From the human T2T-CHM13v2.0 reference genome, Homo sapiens: a stretch of 64,000 nucleotides of DNA. The notes below the pieces were generated by a model that worked only from the letters and a program-made list of their open reading frames with translations, did no database searches and was not told the origin of the DNA. The first letter of the stretch is position 1. Each line of letters starts with the position of its first letter. The position numbers and the translations under genes were made by a program. Of the stretch, positions 1 to 13,716 are shown in pieces. The DNA is taken from the NCBI RefSeq assembly GCF_009914755.1, contig NC_060942.1; one strand, 5' to 3'.

Positions 1-2460
1 AGTTAGTATTCAGAGATGCTACTAATCTAACATGTGATTTTCAACAAAACATTATAATACATGTAAAGAAACAGTAAAGCGAAGTGTATATATAGGAAAA
101 AAAAAAGCAGGCAATGAAAAGACCCTTTGGGGAGCCGGATATTGGAGTTGGCAAAGATTTCAAAGCAGCTATAATCAATATGTCTAAGGAACTAAAGCAA
201 GCTATGACTGAAGAAGCTAAAGAAAATGAGGACAATGCTCATCAAATAGAGAATATTAATGAAGAAATATAAATCATATAAAAATGTAAAGTCTAGAATT
301 GAACAGTACAATTACTAACATGATAACTTCCTGGAGCCTCAACAGTACATTTCAGCTGGAAGAAGAAAGTATCAGCTAACTTTATAAAGACAGAGGCATG
401 CGAATAGTGCAATATGAAAATGAGTTTCAAAACAAGAAGGCAGAACAATAACAGAGCCTCAGAAAAAAAAATGTGGCAAATCAACAAGCACACTAACATA
501 CTGTAATGGGAGTATAAGAAACAAAGGAGAGATGGAAAGTAACAGGAAAAACAACAACAACAAAAAACTAGAGGAGCTAAAACTTCCCAAACTTAATTAG
601 AAAACTCACATCCAAGTTCAACAAATTCCAAGTAGGATAAATGCAAAGAGATCCACACAAAGGCATATGATATTGAAAACATTAAAATAAATAAATAAAA
701 CACCTTGAAAGCAACAGAGGAAAAAAAAAACTCATCATAGAAAGGAGCCTCAATCAAATTAACACCTGAGTTATCATCAGTGGAGGCCAGAAGGCAACAT
801 GATGACACATGCAGTGCTGCAAGCAAAAGCAATACAAAATAAAACCAAACAACAGCAACAACAAAACCCCAGCAGATACCTGTCAACCAAAAACCCATTA
901 TCCAGCAAACCTGCCTTCACAAATGAAAGACATTGTGAGACTGGCAAAAATGAAGATAATTCAATGATAAAAGAGCTTCCTTAAAATAAATATGGAAGAG
1001 AGTTCATGTTGAAAACCAGTGAGTTCAGACAGTAACTCAAATCCACATGAAAAAATTGAACAGATACTAAATTAAACAGGGAAGCAAGTAAGGTCTGTAA
1101 CAGTGAATATGTAAATAATTGCAAAGGACAGTAGAGTGGCATCTTTCTTCTGCAGTCTTCACTTAACTCTTTTAAAAAAGCAATGTTCTATGTATATAAT
1201 CGTAATGTTGGACTATAGCTTACATAAATGCAATATATTTGGTGACAATATAGTATAAACAAGGTGGGAGCTAAAATGTTATTGGGTGAGGAAATGACAC
1301 CAGGGTAATGCAAATCTAGAAAAACAAATGAAGAGAACCAGAAATAGTAAATCAGAAGGATTATATAAAAAGTTACACTAATATACTTGCTGTCCTTTCT
1401 TCTCCCAACCACTTTAAAAGACATACAGTTATATAAAGTAATAATTATTGCAATGTATTGTTGGGTATGTAACGTTTAAAAATGTAATAGGTACAAATAT
1501 AATTGGAAAAAGGAAAAGAGAATAGAGCTATATAGGAAGAATGTTTCTATGTCTCACTATAATTAAGTTAGTAGAAATCTAATACATTCTGAGAAGCTAA
1601 GCTGTATGTTTTAAGTCCTAAAGCAACTAAGAAAGTAAAACAATGCATTAAAAACTCTAAAATAATTAAAATGTTGGACTAGAATATACTAACTTAAGGC
1701 AGAAGAAAGCAATAAAGAAGGAAAAGAGAAAAAATACATGAGACATTTAGAAACAAAAAGTATAATGGAATATATAAGTCCAACTATATCAATGACAGTA
1801 CTAAATGTGAATGGATTAAAGAACCCAATGTAAAGGCAAAGATTTTCAGACTGGATAAAAAATAAGATACAAATATAGACTGTCTACAAAAGAAACACTT
1901 TATATTCAAACATGCAGATAGACTGAAAGTAAAAACGTGGAAAAGAAGAATGGAAACCAAACCATAAGAAAGATGTAGTGGCTATACTAATGCCAGAAAA
2001 AATATAACTCAAGACAAAAAACTGCACTAAACTCTAGAAGATTGTTTTGTAGTGATAAAAGCGTCATGAGGAAGATATAACAATTACACACATATATGAA
2101 TTTAGCACCCAAGCTTAAAATTACATGAAAGAAAAATTTTACAGAAGTGAAGAGAGAAGTAGACAATTCAACCATGATAGCTGAAAAATTTAACACCCAC
2201 TTTCAATAATGGATAAAACATAGCAGAAAATCAAAGGCAAACAGAAGACTTGAACAATGCTTTATAGCTTGTTTAAGTTTATAGGCTTATGCCTAGCAGA
2301 CATAACAGGCATCTATACAACACTCCACTCAACAACAGCAAATACGTATTCTTTTCAAGTGCACATGGGACAAACTTTAGGCTACACTACATGCTCGCCA
2401 TAGGCATAACCTCCATAAACTAGAAATGAATGCAATTTTTCCCCTATCACAAGAGAATGA
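1..2460 (+). mobile_element. Old L1 (L1M-type) fragment covering decayed ORF1 and the start of the ORF2 endonuclease
   Basis: A-rich plus strand. 'ctaaatgtgaatggattaaag...gactggataaaa...tgtctacaaaagaaacac' near 1800-1900 resembles the L1 endonuclease N-terminus (LNVNGL...WIK...CLQETH). Many stops. Confidence 0.8.
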
Positions 2461-3488
2461 ATTAAAGGCTAAAGGAATCATTTTTCTTTCTGAAAAAAAT
2501 AAATATGGACTTTCATAATGCACATCCATTCACATTTGTTGCATGTCAAATATTTCTTACACACATGGGACCACGTTTATATAGGGCAAAACAAAGCCAG
2601 TGGTGACCACGAATTATTAACAGGTCTGCAATAAGATCACTTAGTAAATTTCTAATCCATTCAAAAGTAATGGATTACGAAAGTAATCAACAACAAAATA
2701 GTTGATAGTGTAACTGCCTCTCCTACTGACTGTATGAAACAATGAATACTGTGGTATTACTTCTTTACTTCTATGCACAGAAGGCTTTTAGTAGATAATA
2801 CTGGACTTCAAGCATGAAAGAGTTATTTGCCTATCTTCTTTTGTCAACTGTTTAATATTGGATCTCAGTAAAATACTTCACATGGCAGTTTCATCTTAAC
2901 TAAAACATGCAACATCCATAATCCAGCCAACGATCCCTGTTCACATAAACAAGCCTTTGTGTATAGACAAGGGAAGGAGGCAAGGGCTTTGGGAGCTATG
3001 TTCCCGGGAAAGGAAGAAAAGCATTTTCGTAGCAAAACTGAAGTGGAGTGAAGTAGCTGGAAGTAACTGAAAGTACAAATGCTAGTTCAAGACATTTTAT
3101 CTCTAGAGTATGTACACAAAGTCCAATCAAGACAAACTGGAATGAATGAGACGTGTAGCCACAAGCAGACAGCATCACACGTGACAGGAAAGTAGTGTGC
3201 TCCCCTGAAAGCTCCCGTTTTCATAGCTCTGCAGGCTCTAATAAGGTGATGTCTTTAATGAGAATTCAAGTACTGAGGATAGTCCACTGTGCACTAATAA
3301 CGGAACATCTGGACAGAGCATGAGTAAAGGCTAAGAAAAACGCTTACAAATCAATTATAAGACATATGCGGTGGTCATAAAAGGCACTATACACTCTTAT
3401 TTTAAAGACTGTCTGATTGATACATATAAACTTCTACCCCACTCCACAGGGAGGAAATTTTTTTCAAATTTCAGGCACTAATCATTAC

Positions 3489-3602
3489 CTTTACAGTGAT
3501 TTTCATCCCAAGGATACACACAGTTCTGGAGTCCATTGCAGACCAAAGTATTATTAATACACATGTTACTATGGCAGAAGAATGTGTTGCCTTCACAAGG
3601 AG
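3489..3602 (-). CDS. NETO1: NETO1 114-nt coding exon (probably exon 8), LDL-receptor class A domain
   Basis: tcttcttctttttag|CTCCTTGTGAAGGC...CACTGTAAAG|gtaatg. Encodes [38 protein letters not shown] (6 Cys). Phase 1-1. Not in the ORF track. Confidence 0.96.
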
Positions 3603-5840
3603 CTAAAAAGAAGAAGAACAAGACAAAGGAGGAAAGTTATAACTGACATTCAGTAGTAAATCACTCACATTACAAATCTAAAAAAAAAAGATTAGAATAA
3701 TTTGCCACAAACTGAGATAAATGATCTGCCGTGCGATTTTCAGAAACGGTGCCGTAGTGGTAATTATTTCTTGTGTTACTAAGAGTGCTGGCATTCCTCT
3801 AGAGAGGCTCAGCTTGTAAAAATGCCATAGGGTATTTTCCATCATTAAAATGAAGAACATTATCCACATTTTTTTAAGTAGGCATATTTATTTAGCAAAC
3901 CTGAAGCATCTACCATGGGCATAAATTATACTTTATACAGAAAGAATGTATAAATTTAGTTTTACTGTGCAAAAACACCTAATAGAAATTTTTAAATAAT
4001 TTTGAAAAACATATACTTACCAAGTACTAATGAATAACATACACTAAAGCAAACCCTGTAACATTACTTAAGAATACGAAAAAACAAAATGCCATGGAAA
4101 TTCAGAATCATGAAAAAATTAATCCTGAACAACATAAAAAATATATTATGCTTATTACATTTAATATATATGGTGATAAAATTAGCTTACTACGCATGTA
4201 TTTCATACATTCTAGTGATTTGATGTACAATGATCATTATCTCCAGATTACAATGCACATTGAGGGGACTGAGAGGTAAAATATGAACTTCAAGAAGGTA
4301 TAAAATATGGCTAAATAATGATGAGAAAACATGAGTTTAATATAGCAATGTAAAATGTTAGATATGATTTCAATATAAGGAAAAATACATTTCTTTCATT
4401 ATTGGAGTGACAGAATATTTTAAGTGATCAGTCTTTATAGTAATATTGCATTGTGGATGGTTGCTTACAGAAAGTGCTTTTAAAGCTAACTTTTGTTTTT
4501 ACCTTTGTATTCACTCCATGTATCAGATAAAATGCAATTCTAGTGTTTCTTTTTTTCAATAAAGGCTCTACAATCCTTTTAAGGACAGGCATTCTAGCAA
4601 AATCTATTGCACATGAAACATATGAATTTCCAATGATTGACAAATGAAGATATATTAATGATCAGTACTATTTAGACACTGCAGTCATGTTATAATGAGT
4701 TTATTTTTCACTTTCAAAACTGTATATTACATAAGTTTTAGAGTTAGCTTCTTTACTATATTTGCTACACTAACCACAACTGTCAAAACAATACTTTGCA
4801 ATTTAATATACTTAAGGCAACTTACTGTATTTTAATACTCCGAGAGAAATCCTTTAAAAAAAAACACTCAAATTCTGAAAACCAAAAGTAAGGCAAAGAA
4901 ATAGCTAATTCAAGCAATGTGATTCTTCCTGGTTCTTCATCCCCTACCTCCTCCCCCAACCCAAACAGTTCCCTCTCTGTTCATTTTGACTTTATGTTCC
5001 TGGTTAAAGAGTAAAAAGCATATAATAGTAATTTTGGAAAATGAAAATTAAGAGTAGAAAATATGTAGTAGTCATTTTGAAAAAAAAAGTATCACGCTTA
5101 ACACTTTATTTTGCTAATGATTTGTTAAGTACTGTTCTGTATAAACCTTTCATAATGTAAAATTTAACAATCCAGTATATTATTGTAAAGACCTGCTCTT
5201 TAGTAAGCAACTAAATTTGAATTTCTGTAGCTGACTATAATGGCTTTTGCAGAATTGATAAGGTCTGTTAATTAGATAGTGAATGTTGTCAAAATTTGTA
5301 TGCAGCATATAAAGGAGATTTTGGCAAAGTTTATATTAGAATGGTTGTAAAATGCTTTTGTAAAAATGCTTAAAATACTTATTACCTAACAAATTGTAGT
5401 ATACGTTTTGAAAGTATAATTACCCATCAAGTAGGAAATACCTTTAAAAATTATATATTTACCGACCTTCTATGAGTTGGAAAAATTATTATAATTATTA
5501 AATAGGAAGGGGTAGTTTAAAATTTAAACATATAAATAAAAATAACATTGCATTCTGGTAATCGAGTGAAGTGCATTAGTATGTTGGTAAGAGCACTGAA
5601 ATTTGAATTCCAAATAATCCAAATGGGATTGTGTCTGTTTCTGCTGCTTGGTAGTTGTGAAACTATCAATGTTCCAGGATCAGTTACTACATATTAGTGG
5701 TTTTACCAAGAATGCAATAAGTAATTCAGGAATGTCAATAAATCACATTTTAACATGCTTTTTCACATTAAATAATTATGCAAATATGCCAGTTAATTAG
5801 GAGTTAGCCTCCCTTTTGTTTGTGGTGCTTTTTTTTTCTT

Positions 5841-5868
5841 TGTGTGTGTGTGTGTGTGTGTGTGTGTG
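5841..5868. repeat. (TG)n microsatellite
   Basis: Seen directly. Confidence 0.95.
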
Positions 5869-6011
5869 GAGGAGGGGGGTGGGGGTGTTTGTAATATCCT
5901 AGGTATTTCTCCATGTATTTTCTTCCTTACTTTTGCTAATAAAGAATTGCTGTGCAAATGAAAAATAAAAACAAGTAAGCAAATCCTGATATGGTTAAGA
6001 AGCAATGTAGA

Positions 6012-6331
<320 letters not shown>

Positions 6332-8079
6332 GTAGCAATGTATAAAATTGTACATACCTTTGGCAAAAATAAATTTTGTTTTATAGACACCCAAAGTATA
6401 ATATTATATTGGGTTCCGAATTTCCTCGTTATTGTCTGAATCTCTCTCTCAGAAATGCATATATGCAATGATGCACTAAAGACTCTCATTTCTCTCCTGG
6501 TTAAGAACTACAATGGCACCAATAGACCAAATCAAGCCTACATTCTCATTGCTCTTTCGACGACTTGCGTGCACTCGGTGCACCAATGTGTGTAGCCCAT
6601 TGCTCCTAGCACACTCCTGACCTATCCGGCACCGTGTCCACACACCACTCCCTCCTTCTACCTGCCCCAGATACCCCTTCTCCACTCTGCCATCCAAATC
6701 ACATCGGAACCCTATAATCTATAAACCTGTCTTAAACAGTCTTACAATATTATTCCAATCTATCAGAAAACTTAGCTGTTCCTTAAGTCCTATTTCACAT
6801 GTAATTTTTAAAGTTTTAAGAGTATATTTTATCATCTTTTTTGTATATATTTGAGGCTTGTGACTATGCTTTTTTAAAAATTAATGTTTATGTTTAATCG
6901 CTCATAATGGCTTAAGCTTACTAGGCTTGTAGTAAATATTCAACAGATATTTTAACTGATTAATATTACTTAGCAAAAGGTTAACTCTGACTGGGTTGCA
7001 TACCTTAGTATTCCAGAGAGCAGAAGACTCTGACAAATGTGTTTATTGGTTGAGAACTAACCTTCAAGGCCATGGTCTTCCAATCAAGGCCACGGTCTCC
7101 AACGCAGCATGTAGTGGCTATGGGCAGCATGTATTCTCAGAAACTAAACTCAGCATCCTGTCTTTGCTTCTTTCACTATTTCTGACAAAGCACATATTCC
7201 TCGACCAATTTACATAAGACTTATTCTACTTACGAGATTCAATATTCATCATTTAAGCTATTGTCCCTTATAAACCAGCTGCTTTATTTCCTAGTGATTT
7301 CAAGGAAAGTCAAAATTTATTTGTAATAAAGTGGCAGCCAAAGAAGTAACAATCCAAATGCCAAGTACCTCACACAGTTTCCAGGGTCACAAGAGGGGAC
7401 ACGCAACTTTATACTTGTTTCTATCAGAATAGCAAATAGAGCTTCCCATTGACGTTAAAACACTAAGAACATAGATGGAACGATTTGCTATTGCTTTTTG
7501 TCACTGAACTACTTGAAATTGTATTTAGACACGAGACCCTCCAACTAACTTGATTTCACTTTATTGGGTTTATTGACATCACCATTTTATCATCCAGATC
7601 TAACGACCCAAAGAAGATGGAAATTGATTTCTATTAATGAAGCAAAATATTCTAGTCAGCCAAAATAATGTCCTGTGTATAAGCATATCATTGCTCTTGA
7701 TTTAAAGCACTCACCTAGAAAGTAGACACTACAACACTTCAAAATGAACCTTTCTTCACTGTTTCCTCCTCCCACATACACCAATACATATGCATTTGTG
7801 CAAAGCATTCATTTGTGGCTGTGCAATAGACTGTAGATTAAACACAGCTCAGAGAGTACTTCTCCACACACATCAGCCTGGGATTGAAGAGTCCTGCCAA
7901 CAGGACAGAGAGCCCAGCTGTGATTTGGGCTGTCAGGAGCGATAATCCTTAAGGACAGATTGCTTCCTCGTGAGCAAAAGCAGGTTTATAAGAGTGTGTG
8001 GTGTGCAGTGATTAAGTCCCTTGCATCCTGGCCACCTGGTCTCTGACTCCCAGGGTTGCCTCTTTCACACTCTTTGCCC

Positions 8080-8410
8080 TTGAGCTGATTAACCTGTAAG
8101 TTGCTCAGTTACCACATCTGTAAAATGGGGATAAAGATAATACTTACCCAAGCGACTTAATAATGCACAGAATGCCGTATAGTGTCAGCAGCATGAATAC
8201 AAACATTACAAGACAGAATTGTAAACCGTTTTAGGAGAGTACTGTGCAGAGACTGTGGAATCAATATGCCTGATTTTCCAACGTGAGTTACGTGATCTTG
8301 AGCAAATTCACTAACTTTTTCAGTTTCTGTTTATATCTATATAATGGGGATAATTATAACTATTACATAAAATTTAAGAATTAAATGTGATAGATCTTTA
8401 AAAACCATAA
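8080..8410 (+). mobile_element. Two MIR fragments
   Basis: MIR core-like 'ctcagttaccacatctgtaaaatggggata' and 'gtgatcttgagcaaattcactaac...ataatggggataat'. Confidence 0.65.
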
Positions 8411-8510
8411 CAGATACTGTCATATGGTGTATGACAAAAGAATGTTACCTGTTCTTGAACTACCACCACCGTTACCAAAACAAAAGCAAATGAAACAAAA
8501 CAAAAAACTT

Positions 8511-8601
8511 AAAATGTTAAGATGTATGACATAAAATGTTAAGATGTATGATATAAAATGTTAAGATGTATGATATAAAATGTTAAGATGTATGATATAA
8601 A
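8511..8601. repeat. 22-bp minisatellite, 4 copies (aaaatgttaagatgtatgayat)
   Basis: Units start at 8511, 8533, 8555 and 8577; only one substitution among them. Confidence 0.95.
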
Positions 8602-9589
8602 CGTGACTTAACTGACATTAAATTTTCTAATTTGTAAAGTGAAGAAAATCATTCACAGATCCCTTGTTAAGACTACACGAGAATGCATATTTGAAAGTCG
8701 CGTCAAGGAGTTCTCTGAAGCTAAGACCTCCTAGTTATCTTTGTACCTTGGAGAATATGCCTTTGCTACAACCAAGTCTAATATGAAATACTATGTTTCA
8801 ATTCTACAAGAAAAGCAGAAAACATAAATTATGCATATTAAATAAAATACAAATACGTATTGGAATGTGTTTGTACTACTTAATAGGAGGAAGGTTTAGC
8901 TGTGTAAGATATTTAGCTGTGATACTCTTTTTTTAACAGTTTAATGAGACCATCAAGATAACAGGTATTTTCTAACATCCAATTGTTAAGAGAGACATTC
9001 AGATCCCATCTTGGAAAAGCAAGCCAGGCCATATGTAGAACAGAATAGCTCTCAACCTTGGGCTGCAATCTAAAAGAAATGTTTTTGCAGACATGTAAAT
9101 GATCCGATAGAATTGAGGCTTGGATAACAGGGACAGTATCAGCTTATAATTTTAGTAACAAAATCTTCACAGTAATTTAGTAGATACATCCTGATTTTGA
9201 TGTTATCTATGGGTACCTTAACTCTAATTTAAAAATTCCAATAAAATAATCTTCAGTTAACATTTATTCAAATACTTTATAATAAATTCTTTGGAAACAA
9301 AATTTAGTACAATATTTTGCTGAGGAGAGGACCTTTAAGACTAAGAAATATGGTATGTTAGTTTTGGTGAGTCTCAGGGCCTTGCACCCACTGAAAGATT
9401 CAAAGAAGTCATGAGGTAAAATATGCCTGTTTAACTTTGTTTAATCCAAATATTTCCAATCTTACTTGTTTACCACTTAAAATTTTAAAAACTAAAACTT
9501 GGCAAAGTGTTCCATTGTGTCCAGAAATCATTATAGTGATGGAATTCTTAATTCTTAAAAGAACATAGAATAGGGTGGGAGATTATTAA

Positions 9590-9786
<197 letters not shown>

Positions 9787-11009
9787 TGAGAATACACTTT
9801 TTAATTTATGAAAACTCACATACCAATGCACTTATGTAAATTATTTCAGAAATGCAAAAGCCAAAATGTTGGCAGTGATGATTTCTAGGATTTACTGAAA
9901 TTATATTTACCTTTTTTGGAGAAATTTTCCATATATACTTTTATGTATAAGTATATGTATATATACATTAAAAACACACAAAAAAGTTTTGTAATTAAAG
10001 GATAACTCATAAGTTTGCATGAAAAAATACGAAATGTTAATCAAAAAAGTTAATTTTCTCTTTCAGATTTTTAAATCAGGAAAATAGTTTTTACATAGCA
10101 CCTTTGCTTTGCTCTATTGCTTCATTACTCTTGAATTCTGTTTTTAAACCCTCATCTATTCCCATTATTACCACAAGGTGGCGAACTTACATCAGACTTC
10201 AGTGAAGGAGCTTTTGACTCCCTCATGGGGATGATTAAAATAAACCATGAAAGCATGTGCAGTAACTCCTAAACCTATACATTACTAATTCTTTAAATAA
10301 GCAAATTATGTAGCAGGGGACGACAAATCTCTTACATATTTTAGTCATGTAGGAGAAGATAAAATAAAGCCACAACACTCAAAATAAAGGTAGATTTACA
10401 TAATGTATTTAATAAAGAATCATAGAACACATTGTTTTTTAATGTGAAAGGTCTAGTTATAGATGTACCTCCGATTTTAGTGTTTATCTCATGTGGATTA
10501 ACACTGTTTCAATTCTGTAACTTAAAGGTTTTTAATTTATAATAGCTACTTTAATGCAGAATCCACTACGCTTATTCTATTAGATTTCGTTTTTTTTTTT
10601 GAAATCCAGAAATCTGCTAAATAATATTCAAGAAATATTAAAACACATTGAAATAAAAACAGGCAGATTTGAGACACTGATGTTTCAACTATCCATGATT
10701 TATGGTTAATAAAACTATCATTGGTAATTTGTTCAACGTCAAATAAGTCATCATATTACATCACGAAAAATTGGAAAACGAAGTGATCCTTGATCATATT
10801 CTCCTAAAGACTCATTACACCACTGGAACACATGTTCCCTGGACTTAGGGTCTGGCTCTCTTCACCTCCCCTCCCCAGTCCACTCATCTTGTTCTCTTCA
10901 GACATTCTTGCTTCTTGCTTTCCTCAAATTATTTTAACTTCTTTAATTTTGAGCTTCGTCTAAAACACCCAGCTCTGTGCTGGCCTGTGTGGGCACAGCC
11001 ACAGGCTGT

Positions 11010-11130
11010 CTCACACACAGAGTCACACAAACTCATACACCACACACACACTCACAAACACACACACCATTCACACACACACTCACACATTCAAACACAG
11101 TCATACACACACCACACAGCCACAGTCACA
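11010..11130. repeat. Degenerate CA-rich low-complexity tract
   Basis: Interrupted (CA)n runs; source of the spurious His/Thr-rich ORFs. Confidence 0.85.
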
Positions 11131-11251
11131 CCTCTAGGTCTCCTACTTCTGCTCTTTATTAATTCTTCATCATTCCCTGATCTTTAATTTGAATGGAAAT
11201 GCTCACAAACACGTATGGAAAAGCAGCTGGGGGAGGAAACAGCTTGGAGTA

Positions 11252-11618
11252 TGTATTAGTCCGTTGTCAGGCTGCTGTGAAGAAATACCCAAGACTAGCT
11301 AATTTATAAAGAAAAGAGGTTTAATTGACTCACAGTTCCACATGACTAGGGAGACCTCAGGAAACTTACAGTGTCTTCATGTTGGAAGGCAAAACAGGCA
11401 CTTCTTACATGGTGGCAGGAGAGAGAAGTGACAATCAGCGAAGGGGGAAACCCCTTATAAAACCATCAGTTCTCATGAGAACTCACTATCATGAGAACAG
11501 CATGGGAGGAAACTGTCTCTATGATTCAATTATTTCCACCTGGTCCAGCCCTTGACACGTGGGGATTGTTAAAATTCAAGGTGAAATTTGGGTGGCGACA
11601 CAGAGCCAAACCATATCA
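11252..11618 (-). mobile_element. ERVL-MaLR solo LTR (THE1C/D-like), same orientation as NETO1
   Basis: Termini tgtattagtcc...gccaaaccatatca; exact 5-bp TSD gagta at 11247-11251 and 11619-11623. Confidence 0.92.
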
Positions 11619-12876
11619 GAGTACATTTACATCTTCTTGCTTTATTTCTTGGGTTCAACTTTTATCAGCCTTGAATATTTACTAAAGCTTACTTTTTTAA
11701 ATTAAAACTTCTAACCCTTGGGATGGTCTAGAATCTATTACTCTGTTTGGTGAGGGATGGAAGCAAAGCTTAACACTTACATGAATATGTAAATATGACA
11801 CATATCAACATTCTATAGTTAGGTCATGAATTCACATTGAAGAGCAAAATCTAGCATACTTACTTTTATTTATTACTAATGTTTATCAGTTCAGGTAACT
11901 AAGGTGATTTTCCCCCTGCCTTCTCAGGCCGCTATGCTAGTGTCTTACAGACCCCTGTAGCTGAGCCCCCTGAGGCTGTCACAGGTCCCTTATTTCCTCT
12001 GTCCTCTCTCTCGGCAATTTTCATCAGACACAGAGCCCCCACTAACGAGGGGGCTTACATCCCCAGCTCTGACTACTGTGTGAGATCCAGACTTACCCTG
12101 AATATTGAAATTCCTACTTAACGTCTCCATTTGGAACTGTAATTACCATCGCAAACAGAATATGGCTGATGGGCCTAAGCAAAATGATTATCACCCTCTT
12201 CCTCTTATCCACATTTTCCTTTTTAATTCTCACCTCCCACACCTTCCTGGCATTAACAAAGGGCACAACCATCCCCTCAGGTGTTCAGGCGAAAGGCTCA
12301 AGACCATCCTTGGGTCCTTTCTTCCCCGGATACCGTTGAGCCAGTGGCCATCTCTTGCATGGCTCTATCTCAATACAAAGCTCTTGTTGAGGTCTCCACT
12401 GCTGTGAATGAGCCAGGCCACCATTCACTGACAGCAATCTTACATGGAGTTCAGGGACACAGAAACCATGGGGACCTTGGCCATCTGAAAGTATAAATCA
12501 GGCCACATTTCACTTTGTTGAAGACACCCCAAAACACTTTCCAATAATGTTAGGTTAATTTCCAAACTCCTTGTACCCCTTAGTACACAGCAAGTGATTT
12601 ATATTCTCACAGCCTCTGCTCACCCTAAACATTTATAGAATTCTTCCTAACCTCAGATGTCACCCACCATAACCACCAGGTCATCCTGCCCTCATCCTTC
12701 CCACCACATCACCCATGTTGGTTTTCCCACAATACATACTAGGGCTTGGGCTGATCCCTTTGAGTTAACTTATCTGTGCCTTGTTGCTTCCTCTTAAAAA
12801 GTCTGGCAACCAGATGTACCACTTTGTAGATGCTTCATAAATACTTGGTGACAGACTATATATCACAATAAAAATT

Positions 12877-13173
<297 letters not shown>

Positions 13174-13381
13174 AGAATAAAAATTATTTAAGCAACACAA
13201 TGAATATTAAATGCCATCTTCTCATTAATGTCTGACAATGATCTTAAATTTTTAAATAACAGCAAAACTTTAAAAAATAAACTTGAAAGAAAATAAAACA
13301 TTAGAGATATCAATTATGAGTAATCAACTGAAGATGCAAATTTTTAAAAACTTCAAAAATGTCATTAAAAATACATAGCTT

Positions 13382-13674
13382 GGCTGGGCACAGTGGCTAA
13401 CATCTGTAATATCAGCACTTCGGGAGGCCGAGGTGGGTGGGTCATTTGAGGTCAGGAGTTCAAGACCAGCTCGGTCAACATGGTGAGAACTCATCTCTAC
13501 TAAAAATACAAAAAGTAGACTGGTGTGGTGGTGCATGTCTGTAATCCCTCTACTCAGGAGGCTGAGCGGGGAGAATCGTTTGAACCCAGGAGGTGGAGGT
13601 TGCAGTGAGTCGAGATTGTGCCACTGCCCTTCAGCCTGGGTGACAGAGTGAGACTCAGTCTCAGAAAAAAAAAA

Positions 13675-13676
<2 letters not shown>
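13382..13676 (+). mobile_element. Alu (AluS-like), full length
   Basis: ggctgggcacagtggc...gagactcagtctcag followed by an A tail. Confidence 0.95.

Positions 13677-13677
<1 letters not shown>

Positions 13678-13713
<36 letters not shown>
13678..13713. repeat. (TG)n microsatellite at the Alu 3' end
   Basis: Seen directly. Confidence 0.95.

Positions 13714-13716
<3 letters not shown>

Noticed and set aside
8511-8601. CRISPR-like array
   Set aside because: Units are contiguous with no spacers, the context is eukaryotic, and there are no cas genes.
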